Shown here piece by piece: positions 8,917-18,088 of a stretch of DNA of 64,000 nucleotides. The stretch's first letter is position 1. Every line of letters starts with the position of its first letter. Below the pieces are notes generated by a model that was not told where the DNA came from, made no database searches, and saw only the letters and a program-made list of their open reading frames with translations. The position numbers and the translations under genes were made by a program. The DNA comes from Pseudomonadota bacterium (GTDB lineage: Bacteria; Myxococcota; JACRCW01; JAFGSX01). The DNA lies in assembly GCA_043821645.1 (NCBI GenBank), contig JBDRCO010000108.1:1-64000 (forward strand), read 5' to 3'.

Positions 8917-11472
8917 TCAGCGGGGCCGACCTCGCGCGGGCGCCGTGGCCGTGCGCGGATCCTCGGCCCAGGCATGGCGCGGGTAGCGGCGCATGAGCTG
9001 ACGCCGCAGCGCCGGGTAATGCACCTCCCAGAAGCCCGCGAGGTCCTGGGTCACCTGCACGGCACGGTGGTTGGGCGCGAGCAGCTGAAGCTGCAGGGTG
9101 ACGCGGCCACCGCCAATGCGCGGCGTCTCGGTCAGACCGAAGAAGTCCTGCATCGCGCTGGCCACGAAGGGCGGCGCAGCTTCTGGATAATGGACGGGCG
9201 CGCGTCGCCGTCCGGGGAGCGCGATGGTCTCGGGACAGAGTGTCGCCAGTGCTCTTCTCTGCGTGGCGGTGAGGTCCTGCAGCAGCGCCAGCGCCAGATC
9301 CTGCCGGCGCAGGGCCCCCAGGTCGTCGGCGGACAGCGCGAGCCGGACCACCAGCTGCCGGATCAGGGTGTCGTCGAGAACTGGCAGCTCCAGCTCCGCG
9401 TCGAGGCGACAGGCCAGGTCCAGTCGGCCGCGCAGGTCCGTCAGACCGGCCGCAGCGTCGAAACTGCCCAGCCCGGAGCGCAGGGCGTGCTCGGCCAGCA
9501 GCTCGGCAGCCCGGGGATCGCCTCGGGCCAGCGTGGTCTGCTCGGTGAGGACGAGCAGGCCGTAGCGCAGGCGCGCGCTTCGCACCACCCGGCCTCTGTC
9601 CTCGTCGAAACGCAGCTCCTCCTCGTCGACGATGTGCTCGGCAAACAGGTCCAGGAGCCAGTCGGCTTCGATGGCGCTGGCCAGATGCACGCGACTGCGC
9701 CGGTGTCGGCCGCGCGACGGCGCCGTGGCATCCAGGGCCACCAGCCAGCCGGCACCCTGCACGCTGCTGGCGGGATCCAGCTCGGCCTCGCCGCCGCCAC
9801 ACAGCAGCAACTCGCGCCCCCCGGGCCGTCGCTGGGCCACGCGGTCCGGGTAGGCGGCCAGCGCGCAGTGCAGCAGCGCGGTCTCGTCCTCGTCGCGGCC
9901 GTCGCCAGCCCCCGGCAGCAGCCGCTCGAGCTGGGACAGTGTCCGCAGCACCGCGTGCACCGCCTGGGGCCGCAGCCCGGCGCGGTGCAGGGCGCTGTCG
10001 TCGATCCGGGCGCGATCCACCTGCCGCAGCAGGTGCAGGCGGTCGAGCAGATCGCTGTCGCTCACCTCGACGCTGGCGCGGGGCGCTGTCCCGGGCACCG
10101 CAGCCACGATGTCGCGCTCCGAGAGCAGGGCGGCAGCGGCACAACCCAGCCAAGGGACACCCCGCGACCGGGCCTCGTCGAGGAGGCGTCCCAGGCGGGG
10201 ATGCACGGGGAGCTGCAGCATCCACCGACCCCGGTCCGTGAGCGACCCATCGCCGTCGACAGCACCGAGCCTGGACAGCAGGTCTCGCGCCGCCTGCGCG
10301 GCGGCCGGCGGGGGAGGATCGAGCCAGGGCAGGCTCGCGATCTCGACCTCACCGACCAGACCCAGGGCCTGCAACCACAGCTCCGCCAGGTCCAGGCGCT
10401 GGATCTCGGGTAACTCCTGCTCGGGCCGCGCCAGGTAGTCCGCCTCGGTGAACAGGCGCAGACAGCGGCCAGGGCGCAGCCGTCCGGCGCGACCGGTGCG
10501 CTGCACACACGAGGCCCGGGAGACCTTGCGCAGTTCCAGAGCCGGCAGGCCGGACCAGGGCGAGCGCGCGGGGACGCGTGCCAGGCCACTGTCCAGCACC
10601 GCCACCACACCCTCGACCGTGATCGAGGTCTCGGCGACGTTGGTGGACAGGATGATCTTGCGCCGCGCCCCGGGTTGCACCGCGCGCTGCTGCTGCTCGG
10701 GAGGCAACTCACCGTGCAGCATGCACAGCTCGAGATCGTGTCGCGCCGCCAGCTCCTGCAAAGCTTCGCGGGCTCGACGGATCTCGGCAGCGCCGGGCAG
10801 GAACACCAGCACGTCGCCGGCCAGGGATCCGTCCACCAGCCGTGCCACGGCTCGCCGGATCTGCTGCTCGAGGGGGGCCTCGTCGGGCCGGGGCAGGTGT
10901 TCGATGTCGACGGGGAACAGCTGGCCCGCGAGTTCCAGCGTCGGCGCGTCGTCGAGGACGCGCGCCACGGCCGAGGCCTGCAAGGTGGCCGACATCACCA
11001 CCAGGCGCAGGTCCGGCCGCCTGCTCCGCCGCAGCCGCTGCAGGGCGGCCAGCAAAAAGTCACCGTCGAGGTGGCGCTCGTGAAACTCGTCGAGCAGCAC
11101 CGCGGCCACCCCCGGCAAGCCCGGTTCGGCAAGCAGCCGGCGCAGGAACAAACCCTGGGTCACGAACAGGAGCCGGGTGGCGGCACAGAGGCACTGGTCA
11201 TGCCGCACCTGGTAGCCCACCTGCTGCCCCACGGCCTGCCCCAGGACCTGGGCGACCCGGCCCGCTGCCAGCCGCGCGGCCAGTCGCCGGGGTTGCAGCA
11301 CCACGATCGCACCGGTGTCGGCGAAACCGGCCTCGAGCAGCGCCGGCGGCACGGCAGTGGTCTTGCCCGAAGCAGGCGGGGCTTGCAGCACCAGCCGCCC
11401 GTGTTCACGCAACGCTTCGATGATACGCGGCAGCGCCCCGTCGACGGGAAGGGCTGGACGCCGGGTGGCCAT
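8917..11472 (-). CDS. hrpB: ATP-dependent DEAH RNA helicase HrpB
   Basis: APPASGKTT, DEFHER, MSAT, TNVAETSIT and QRTGRAGR motifs; C-terminal LLAPNHRAVQVTQDLAGFW...RRYPRHAW. Start overlaps the rlmH stop. Confidence 0.95.
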   Translation of the reverse strand: MATRRPALPVDGALPRIIEALREHGRLVLQAPPASGKTTAVPPALLEAGFADTGAIVVLQPRRLAARLAAGRVAQVLGQAVGQQVGYQVRHDQCLCAATRLLFVTQGLFLRRLLAEPGLPGVAAVLLDEFHERHLDGDFLLAALQRLRRSRRPDLRLVVMSATLQASAVARVLDDAPTLELAGQLFPVDIEHLPRPDEAPLEQQIRRAVARLVDGSLAGDVLVFLPGAAEIRRAREALQELAARHDLELCMLHGELPPEQQQRAVQPGARRKIILSTNVAETSITVEGVVAVLDSGLARVPARSPWSGLPALELRKVSRASCVQRTGRAGRLRPGRCLRLFTEADYLARPEQELPEIQRLDLAELWLQALGLVGEVEIASLPWLDPPPPAAAQAARDLLSRLGAVDGDGSLTDRGRWMLQLPVHPRLGRLLDEARSRGVPWLGCAAAALLSERDIVAAVPGTAPRASVEVSDSDLLDRLHLLRQVDRARIDDSALHRAGLRPQAVHAVLRTLSQLERLLPGAGDGRDEDETALLHCALAAYPDRVAQRRPGGRELLLCGGGEAELDPASSVQGAGWLVALDATAPSRGRHRRSRVHLASAIEADWLLDLFAEHIVDEEELRFDEDRGRVVRSARLRYGLLVLTEQTTLARGDPRAAELLAEHALRSGLGSFDAAAGLTDLRGRLDLACRLDAELELPVLDDTLIRQLVVRLALSADDLGALRRQDLALALLQDLTATQRRALATLCPETIALPGRRRAPVHYPEAAPPFVASAMQDFFGLTETPRIGGGRVTLQLQLLAPNHRAVQVTQDLAGFWEVHYPALRRQLMRRYPRHAWAEDPRTATAPARGRPR

Positions 11473-11933
11473 CACTTGTGGTAAGGCTCGCCGTGCAGGA
11501 TTGCCTGGGCGCGGTACAGCTGCTCGCACAGGACCAGCAAGGCCAGGCGGTGCGGCAAGGTCATGGGCCCCAGCGACAACAGGGCGTGGCCAGCCTGCAG
11601 CAGTGGGGGGTGCCAGCCCGTGGCACCGCCGATGGCGAAGCACAGGTCCCCTGCCACCAGCCAGCGCTGCAGCTGCCGGGCAAAGGCCTCGCTGCCGTAG
11701 CTACGCCCCGTCGCATCGAGCAACACCAGACGCGCTGTCCGTCGCTCGCGCAGGACGGCCTCGGCCTCGTCGGCGCGGACCCGCGCGTCATCTCCCCCGC
11801 GCCGGCGCCGTGCCGGCTCGACGTGCACGATGTCGATGCGGGCGTGGCGTGCCGCCCGCTGGGCATAATCCTCGGCGACCTGGATCAGGGGATCGCGAGG
11901 CCTGCGACCGACCGCGAGGATGCGAACGGCCAC
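11472..11933 (-). CDS. rlmH: 23S rRNA m3Psi1915 methyltransferase RlmH
   Basis: SPOUT motifs FAIGGATG and LSLGPMTLPH.LA..VL.EQLYRA..IL.GEPYHK; lies next to rsfS. Confidence 0.95.
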   Translation of the reverse strand: MAVRILAVGRRPRDPLIQVAEDYAQRAARHARIDIVHVEPARRRRGGDDARVRADEAEAVLRERRTARLVLLDATGRSYGSEAFARQLQRWLVAGDLCFAIGGATGWHPPLLQAGHALLSLGPMTLPHRLALLVLCEQLYRAQAILHGEPYHK

Positions 11934-11945
11934 GGTGGCGCCGGC

Positions 11946-12311
11946 TCAGGGAGCCGCGGCGGCGCGGACGTCCTCGACCAGCACATGCTTGGCGCCCTGC
12001 CACAGGCCCTCGAGGTCGTAGATGAAGCGCGCCTCGTCGTGAAACAGGTGCGCGACCACCGAGCCGAAGTCGACCAGGGCCCACTGCGAGCCCGTCAGCC
12101 CCTCGCTGCCGAGCGGACGCTCGCCATGTGGTCTCAGCGCGTCCTCGATCGAGGCCGCCAGGGCACGAAGCTGGCGTTCGGAGTGGGCGGTGGCGATGAC
12201 GAAGTAATCCGCGATGCTCGATCGCTCGCCGATGTGCAAGATGACGACGTCCTCGCCCTTTTTCTCAAGAATTGCATTGGCCACCAGGCGGGCCATGTCC
12301 AGCGCGTCGAT
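11946..12311 (-). CDS. rsfS: Ribosome silencing factor RsfS (start probably ATC at 12311; first ATG at 12296)
   Basis: KKGED, ADYFVIATA.S.RQ..AL, EG.....W.LVDFG.VV.H.F....R..YDLE.LW motifs. Confidence 0.95.
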   Translation of the reverse strand: MDALDMARLVANAILEKKGEDVVILHIGERSSIADYFVIATAHSERQLRALAASIEDALRPHGERPLGSEGLTGSQWALVDFGSVVAHLFHDEARFIYDLEGLWQGAKHVLVEDVRAAAAP

Positions 12312-12433
12312 GGGACACCTCCGTCAGGGATAGAACCCAGATCCGAGTATACGCACAGCGCAGGCGGTGCCGACAACCATGGCCGGGAGGCAGGAGACAG
12401 AACCTGGCGTTCGAAGCGTTCCCGGAGGCCGCG

Positions 12434-13467
12434 TCACTCCTCCACCTGCTCGTCGTCTGCGGGTGCGGGTGCGGGGACCGGCGCGGGGGTCCCTCCGTCG
12501 AGGAAACTCAGTGGCCGCGTCACGATCTTGCGCCGGCTGAACTCGCTGATGAAGTCCTCGGGAGCCCCGATCTCGGGTTCCTCGCCTATCTTCTCGAGGC
12601 CAGCGCGCAGGCTCAGCTCGGCGCGCGCGGCCTGATCCGGCTCGTCCTCCACGCGCAGGCTGAAGCTGACCTCGACCTCGAGCACCACCCCGGTCGCGCG
12701 ATCCACCACCAGGGTGCCACCACCGCCCTCGGTCACGGCGTGGCGACGCCACTGCTCGACGCGCCCCGCTTCTCGCCGCGCCAGCTCCACCGGGCCAAGG
12801 CCGGCGTCGACGGCGATCATCTCGGCCGGCATGGGTCCCTCCGGCGCCTGGCCCGGTCCGATCACGAGATCAAAGCGCAGGGCGTCGCGACCCTGATGCT
12901 GCACGGGTCGTCCCTCGGACACCCGCAGGCTGCCGCGGACAAGATCCTCGACGGCGGACCACAGGCCGTAGGCCTGCTCGCGCCAGCGCACCCGTTCCTC
13001 GGTCGGGTCGCGGCTGGTGCGCCAGTGGCCCACGTTGTGCCGCACGTACAGCACGCCATCGTGGTAGACGAGGGCTGCTGGTCGCCGCCTTCCATCTCGA
13101 CGTCGACCGCGAAGCTTCCGGCCTTGTTCTGGCGCACGCGCGCCCGGGTGACCTGCTTGCGCTTGAGATCGCCGCGGCTGAAGGTGACGCTCTCCTCGCC
13201 CCGGAACTGCGCGCTGCCGAGCCGCAGGGCAAGCTCTCCCAGGGTCATGTGCAGGATGCGATCGCGCACGGCGGGATCGCGGGCCAGCGCCGATGCGTCG
13301 AGGGGCTGCTGCGCCAGAAGCTGCTCGGCGGGCGGCGGCGGCGGCGCGAACACCCGCTGCTTGGCCTCGCTCTTGGCGCGCTCCCGGGCACAGGCCCCGA
13401 CTCCGCTGCAGGCGATCGCCAGAGCGAACCCCAGGACCCAGGCACAGGACCGTCGCGGCGACCTCAT
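12434..13467 (-). pseudogene. Probable lipoprotein split by a single-base frameshift near 13075 (real lesion or sequencing error)
   Basis: The 5' part (MRSPRR...ALAIACSGVGAC...DVEMEGGDQQ) and the 3' part (ALVYHDGVLYVR...QVEE) lie in different frames; one extra base at cagcag^ccctc joins them. Start overlaps the upstream stop (ATGA). Confidence 0.65.
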
Positions 13468-15080
13468 GCGCGCTCCTGCGGCGACAGCTCGCGAAGACAG
13501 GTGGCGACCTCGTCGAGGGGAACCTGGCCTGCGGCGAGCACCGCCTGATGAAAGCGCTGCAATGAAAAGCCACGGCCCCACAGCTGTTTGCAGTCGCGCC
13601 GCAGCTCGAACAGACGCAGCGCGCCGACCACGGCAGCCACCTGGGCCCCGGGCCTGCGAGCCCAGCGCACCACCCGGACGTGCGCCGCGCGCTCATCCAG
13701 ACCGAGCACCGCCATGGCCTGTTGCCGCGCCGCGCCGTCGTCGAGAACGCCGCGGGCCAGGTTCAGATCCAGGCGCGCGGCACGCACCGCACGCAGGGCA
13801 TTTTCGGCCAGCAGCAGCGCGTGCTCGAGCGAACCATCCCAGCCTTCCTCGCGCAGCATCTCGACGACGTACAGCGGCCATCCACCGCTCAGATCGCTGG
13901 CCCAACCGGTGTAGCCCCACGGCCAGGCGTCCTCGGGGAGCCCGGCGCGGACGCCGGAGCGTTGCTGACGCGCCGAGAACTGCAGCAAGGCACTGCCCGG
14001 AACACCTATGCGAGCGGCCAGGTTGCTCAGCTCCGCCGCCGCGAAACCCGACAGCGGAACCGCACCGCTGCTCTCGACCACCGACAGGATCGCAAAGCCC
14101 GCGCCGCGCACGCGCAGCCAGGGCCAGACGTCGTCGAGCATGCCGGCCACGGCGGAGGGCAAGACCTCCAGCTCCACCGACCGCAGACTCTTGCCAATCG
14201 CCGCCAGCCCACGCTCCTCGGCGTGGGCGTGCACCGCGGACAGGGCGCTGCGCAGACCGGCGAATCCGGACTGGGCACTCGCGGACTGCATGGCATGGAT
14301 GGCAGCCAGCACGACGTCGACCGCGCGGCCGCGATCGATGCGCCGGGCGAGGCGTGCACACTCCACCTCCCACTCGTGTTGCTCGGTCTCCAGCAGCTCG
14401 CCCAGCTCTGCGCTGGCATACGGGAGCTGCCGGTGCTGGCTCAGCACATCGAAGTCCGCCTCGCTCCCCGTTCCAGGATGTGCCTCGAGACCACCGAGCC
14501 AAACTTGATGTGCCTGCAGCGCCTCGTGAAAGGTCGCCAGGGCCTTCTCGATCTCACCACCCTGTGGCGCGCCTGACGCTGCCTCGGCGGACTGGGCGCG
14601 CAGGGCCTGCAGGGCTTGCGGCAGCTCCGCGGCCACCTGGCGCGCGTCTTCAAGCAGACTCGGCTGCGCGCGCAGGGGCTGGCGACGGAAATCTTCAAGG
14701 GTCCCGGGCAAGGTCCGCAGGAGCTGCAGCCAGGCCTCGTCGCCATGCTCGCGCTGATGAAGCAGCAGCCGCCAGGTGCGGCGCAGGATGTCTGGATCCC
14801 GCGCGCCCTCGGCCTCCTGGGCCGCCACCAGATCCGTGAGGGCCAGGAAACCCTGGATCAGCGCTGGCTCACGCTCCTCGGCGGGCGTCCGGGACTCCTG
14901 CCTGAGGTCCTGCTGCCAGCCAGTCAACAACTCCCGGACCTGCTCCCGTGCGGCACCAGTCCGGGCCAGCCGCGCGGCCTCCGGCACAGCCGCTCCAAGC
15001 ACCAGGGCCATCTCGGGACACAGCTGCAACAGCGCATCCCTCGGCTCGGGCTGGGGCGGCTCACCTGCACGCTGTGGCAT
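13464..15080 (-). CDS. DUF885-like protein with a degenerate metal-binding motif
   Basis: GWPLYV.EM..E.G, RA.R...LDL.L, V.R....PG.Q.....G and FSL..FH..VL..G.VPL match the DUF885 C-terminus. The usual HE..PGHH reads RIGVPGSA. Confidence 0.7.
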   Translation of the reverse strand: MPQRAGEPPQPEPRDALLQLCPEMALVLGAAVPEAARLARTGAAREQVRELLTGWQQDLRQESRTPAEEREPALIQGFLALTDLVAAQEAEGARDPDILRRTWRLLLHQREHGDEAWLQLLRTLPGTLEDFRRQPLRAQPSLLEDARQVAAELPQALQALRAQSAEAASGAPQGGEIEKALATFHEALQAHQVWLGGLEAHPGTGSEADFDVLSQHRQLPYASAELGELLETEQHEWEVECARLARRIDRGRAVDVVLAAIHAMQSASAQSGFAGLRSALSAVHAHAEERGLAAIGKSLRSVELEVLPSAVAGMLDDVWPWLRVRGAGFAILSVVESSGAVPLSGFAAAELSNLAARIGVPGSALLQFSARQQRSGVRAGLPEDAWPWGYTGWASDLSGGWPLYVVEMLREEGWDGSLEHALLLAENALRAVRAARLDLNLARGVLDDGAARQQAMAVLGLDERAAHVRVVRWARRPGAQVAAVVGALRLFELRRDCKQLWGRGFSLQRFHQAVLAAGQVPLDEVATCLRELSPQERA

Positions 15081-15194
15081 CTTTCTCCTCGCTGGGGCGC
15101 ACTCTAACTGCTCGCTGGATCGATGTCACGACTGCTGCACGACCGCACCCGATCGTCCCTGCTGCTCCGGGCATGGCGCGACAGGGGGACGCCA

Positions 15195-15209
15195 TGGCAT
15201 GCTGGCTGC
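15195..15209 (+). promoter_or_regulatory. Possible sigma-54-like GG-N10-GC site upstream of the ECF sigma gene
   Basis: TGGCATGCTGGCTGC. Imperfect -12 box in a GC-rich background. Confidence 0.25.
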
Positions 15210-15314
15210 GTGGACAGACCCCCCGATCAGGCTCCCGGTGCAAATTCCGTGAACGCGGAGCCACCTGCCGTGCACCAACAGGATCAAGTGCGGGAGGTCG
15301 AGCACGTGCAACCC

Positions 15315-15938
15315 ATGGTCGCCATGTCCAGCAGTCCTGCGATAGACGAAGCCGCAGTGCTGGTGGCGCGCTGCCAGGATGGAGATCGCGCCGCGTTCCG
15401 CACTCTTTTCGAGAAGTATGCCGGCCGGGTGCACGCCACCGTGTATCCCCTGGTGTCGCGCAAGGACGAGGTCGAGGACGTCGTGCAGAAGGTGTTCCTC
15501 GAGGTGCACCGCTCCGTCGCCCGCTTCGAAGGGCGCTCCCTGTTCACCACCTGGCTGACCCGGGTGGCCATTCACGTGGCCCGCGCCCACGAGCGAAAAT
15601 GGTGGATTTTCGAGCGTTCCCGGCGCAGTAGCCGCGAGGCGGCCGGTGGCCTGCAGGTGCTCGAGGGTGGACAGGCTGCCGATCCCCAAAGCGTGCTCCT
15701 GGAACAGGAGCGAGCCGAGGCGGCGCGAGCCCTGCTGGCCAAATTACCCATGAAAAAACGGGTCGTTCTCGCTCTGGCGGAACTGCAAGACCTGAGCGCA
15801 GTGGAGATTGCCGACGTGCTCAATATTCCACCGGCAACCGTGCGCACGCGGCTGTTTTACGCCCGGCGCGATTTCGAGCGGCTGGCGCGGCGCGATGCCC
15901 AGGCGTCCCGCCTGTTTGGACTGGAGGCCGACGCATGA
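15315..15938 (+). CDS. ECF RNA polymerase sigma factor
   Basis: GDRAAFRTLF, EDVVQKVFL, F.GRSLFTTWLTRVAI and region 4 LSAVEIADVLNIPPATVRTRLFYAR. Start uncertain. Confidence 0.9.
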   Translation: MVAMSSSPAIDEAAVLVARCQDGDRAAFRTLFEKYAGRVHATVYPLVSRKDEVEDVVQKVFLEVHRSVARFEGRSLFTTWLTRVAIHVARAHERKWWIFERSRRSSREAAGGLQVLEGGQAADPQSVLLEQERAEAARALLAKLPMKKRVVLALAELQDLSAVEIADVLNIPPATVRTRLFYARRDFERLARRDAQASRLFGLEADA

Positions 15939-17083
15939 GCGGCCATCTCGACGAGCGCCGGCTGTTCGAGGCCGCAGACGGCCAGACCTCGGAGCACGAT
16001 CGCCAGCACCTGGCGCAGTGCCCGCGGTGCCAGCACGCGCTGGACGCCAAGCGCGCCGTGAAGCAGGCCTTGCACCTGGCCGCAGCACGTCCCCTGTCCA
16101 GCCAGCGGCTGCACCACCTCGGCCAGCGTGTGATGGACACCCTGCCTGCAGCCACGCCGGCGAGCCTGCGCTGGTGGCCCGGTCTTGCGGCGGCTGCTCT
16201 GGCCGGCGCCGCCTGCGTGCTGATCATCCAGGCGACCCTGCAGCGCGTGGTGCCTGGAGACGAGCCAGCGCGTGTGCAAGCTGTGGCCACCCGGCCAGCA
16301 GTGACGGCCTCCGCGCCAGGCGCCAGACCCATCCTGGTCCAGCACACCGAACTCGAACCCACCGCCAGCGAGGGCTCCAGCAAACCTGACCTCACGACCC
16401 GCCAGCGCGAGGTCCCCCGCCAACCAGGCCCCCGGCTCAGCGTCGCACGTCCTGCCCTCCTGGAGGAACCCGCCCAGATAGGTCCGCCGCTGCTGGAAAC
16501 TCTTCATGGCGAGCGCTCTGCCGCGGACGATCTGGAGCATCACCTGGCGCAGCTCGAAAGCGAGGGAGCAGCAGGCGTCTCGATGCTGCTCGGCGAGCTG
16601 CCGACCCTGCTGCGGGTGGCCGCGCGACAGCTCGAACCAGAGCGGCTGGAGGCCGTGGCCCTGCGCATTGCCGCGCTGCACCTGGCACCGCCCGAGGATG
16701 AGGTGGCCAGCTTCATGGCCTGCGAGACCACCTTGCTGGCCCGGCGCTACCCGGCGGCCATGGACCTGTGTGGCGACTACCTGCGTCGCCATCCCGCAGG
16801 CCCGCACGTCCGCGAGGTGGCCTTCCTCGCCGGGAGCGTGGCCCGCGTCCAGCTCGGCGACTGCGCGCGCGCCGTGACCTTTTACGATCAGGCCCTCACC
16901 TTTTCGGGCGTGCTGCAGTCGTTCAACGACGAGGCCTATCTGGGGCGCGCCCGCTGCCTGCTCGAACGAGGAGATCGCTCCGGAGCCCGGGCAGATCTCG
17001 ACCTGTATCTGTTCAAGCACCCGGAACAGCACCACGACGCCGAGATCCGCGCCCTGGTGACGCAGCTCGGCCTCGAGCGCTGA
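15935..17083 (+). CDS. Zinc-finger (ZAS) anti-sigma factor with a TM helix and C-terminal TPR-like domain
   Basis: HLAQCPRC (HxxxCxxC) motif, ATGA overlap with the sigma gene, one TM, C-terminal helical repeats (Y...YL..HP.G; A..DL..YL..HP). Confidence 0.8.
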   Translation: MSGHLDERRLFEAADGQTSEHDRQHLAQCPRCQHALDAKRAVKQALHLAAARPLSSQRLHHLGQRVMDTLPAATPASLRWWPGLAAAALAGAACVLIIQATLQRVVPGDEPARVQAVATRPAVTASAPGARPILVQHTELEPTASEGSSKPDLTTRQREVPRQPGPRLSVARPALLEEPAQIGPPLLETLHGERSAADDLEHHLAQLESEGAAGVSMLLGELPTLLRVAARQLEPERLEAVALRIAALHLAPPEDEVASFMACETTLLARRYPAAMDLCGDYLRRHPAGPHVREVAFLAGSVARVQLGDCARAVTFYDQALTFSGVLQSFNDEAYLGRARCLLERGDRSGARADLDLYLFKHPEQHHDAEIRALVTQLGLER

Positions 17084-17091
17084 TCCGCGTC

Positions 17092-18018
17092 TCAGTTCGC
17101 GCCACTCGTTTTTGAGCGGGCCCGCACGAAACGCCCGAACTCCGCCGCCGCCTGTCCCCTTGGCGCCACGAAGTGCGCTGCGTGCTGGCCCAGGCTGTTC
17201 AGATCTTCCCCCTCCTCCAGGAGTTCCAGCACATCCTGCAAGACATCCTGCGCGACCTGGGCGCGGCGCCGCTGTGGAAGCTTGAGCAGCACGCTCTCCA
17301 CTACCTGGCCGACGCTTGGCATCTGCCTCTGGGGGATAACCCGGGTAGCGGCTGGCGCCTCCTCGGTCTTCGCTTTAGATGTCATTTTATGATATCTATT
17401 GTTTTCTTCCACCTGTGCGGGCGCCCGCGGTCCTGATCGTGGTCGAGCAGCTTGTTCTTTCTCCGGGCCGTCAGCACCTGTGACCAGAACAGCTGGGGCC
17501 GCGAGTGCGGACCTGGTGTCGGGTGAAGTGGTCGCCTGGCGCAACTTCCCCAGCATCACCTCGTCCCCGGTGTGCCCCGAGGCGATCTCGCTGGGCAGCA
17601 GCACCCGGTACAAGGTCCCCTTGCGATCGCGCTGCAGCAGGCGGACGTGCCCCTTGCGGACCAGGCCAGCCAGGGCGCAGTTGAAGCGCCTGCTCGACAG
17701 GCCCGTGCGCTGGCAGAGCTCGCGGCGCGCCAGCCGACAGTAGTTACGGTCCTCACCAAAGCTATGGCGATACAGCTGCAGGTACAGGACCTGCTCGATG
17801 ATACTCTGCTGCGCTGCCAGCTCGTCGAAGATGGAGACCAGCACCGCCACGAAAGCGTCGCGGACCACCACCCGCCCCAGCGGCTCACCCTGCACCAGGT
17901 GACGCTCGAATTTCCCAGGCTGCAGGGCCTCGACCCTGACCACGGACGGGTCCCGGCCGAGGGCAACGGTGCGAAGCGCGGCGCTCCCCGGAACGGGGTG
18001 GAAGTAGTGAGATGTCAT
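17092..18018 (-). CDS. Winged-helix DNA-binding protein resembling plasmid/phage replication initiators
   Basis: EQVLYLQLYRHSFG..RNYCRL.RRELCQRTGLS.R....AL.GL..KGHV.....D.KGTLYRVLLP, followed by a low-complexity linker and a small helical C-terminal domain. Confidence 0.55.
   Translation of the reverse strand: MTSHYFHPVPGSAALRTVALGRDPSVVRVEALQPGKFERHLVQGEPLGRVVVRDAFVAVLVSIFDELAAQQSIIEQVLYLQLYRHSFGEDRNYCRLARRELCQRTGLSSRRFNCALAGLVRKGHVRLLQRDRKGTLYRVLLPSEIASGHTGDEVMLGKLRQATTSPDTRSALAAPAVLVTGADGPEKEQAARPRSGPRAPAQVEENNRYHKMTSKAKTEEAPAATRVIPQRQMPSVGQVVESVLLKLPQRRRAQVAQDVLQDVLELLEEGEDLNSLGQHAAHFVAPRGQAAAEFGRFVRARSKTSGAN
17376..17398. promoter_or_regulatory. 23-bp palindromic site A (intragenic)
   Basis: TAGATGTCAT-TTT-ATGATATCTA: 10-bp arms with one mismatch, AT-rich within a GC-rich gene. 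Confidence 0.7.
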
Positions 18019-18031
18019 TAAATGATGCCTT
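18009..18031. promoter_or_regulatory. 23-bp palindromic site B, overlapping the wHTH gene start codon
   Basis: GAGATGTCAT-TAA-ATGATGCCTT, a variant of site A. Confidence 0.6.
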
Positions 18032-18065
18032 ACCACAAGACAGGCATCCTGGCCAGACCCAATAA

Positions 18066-18088
18066 TAGGCTACATTTAGTGATATCTA
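18066..18088. promoter_or_regulatory. 23-bp palindromic site C, upstream of the wHTH gene
   Basis: TAGGCTACAT-TTA-GTGATATCTA, a variant of site A; overlaps the stop codon of the cytochrome c gene. Confidence 0.55.
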
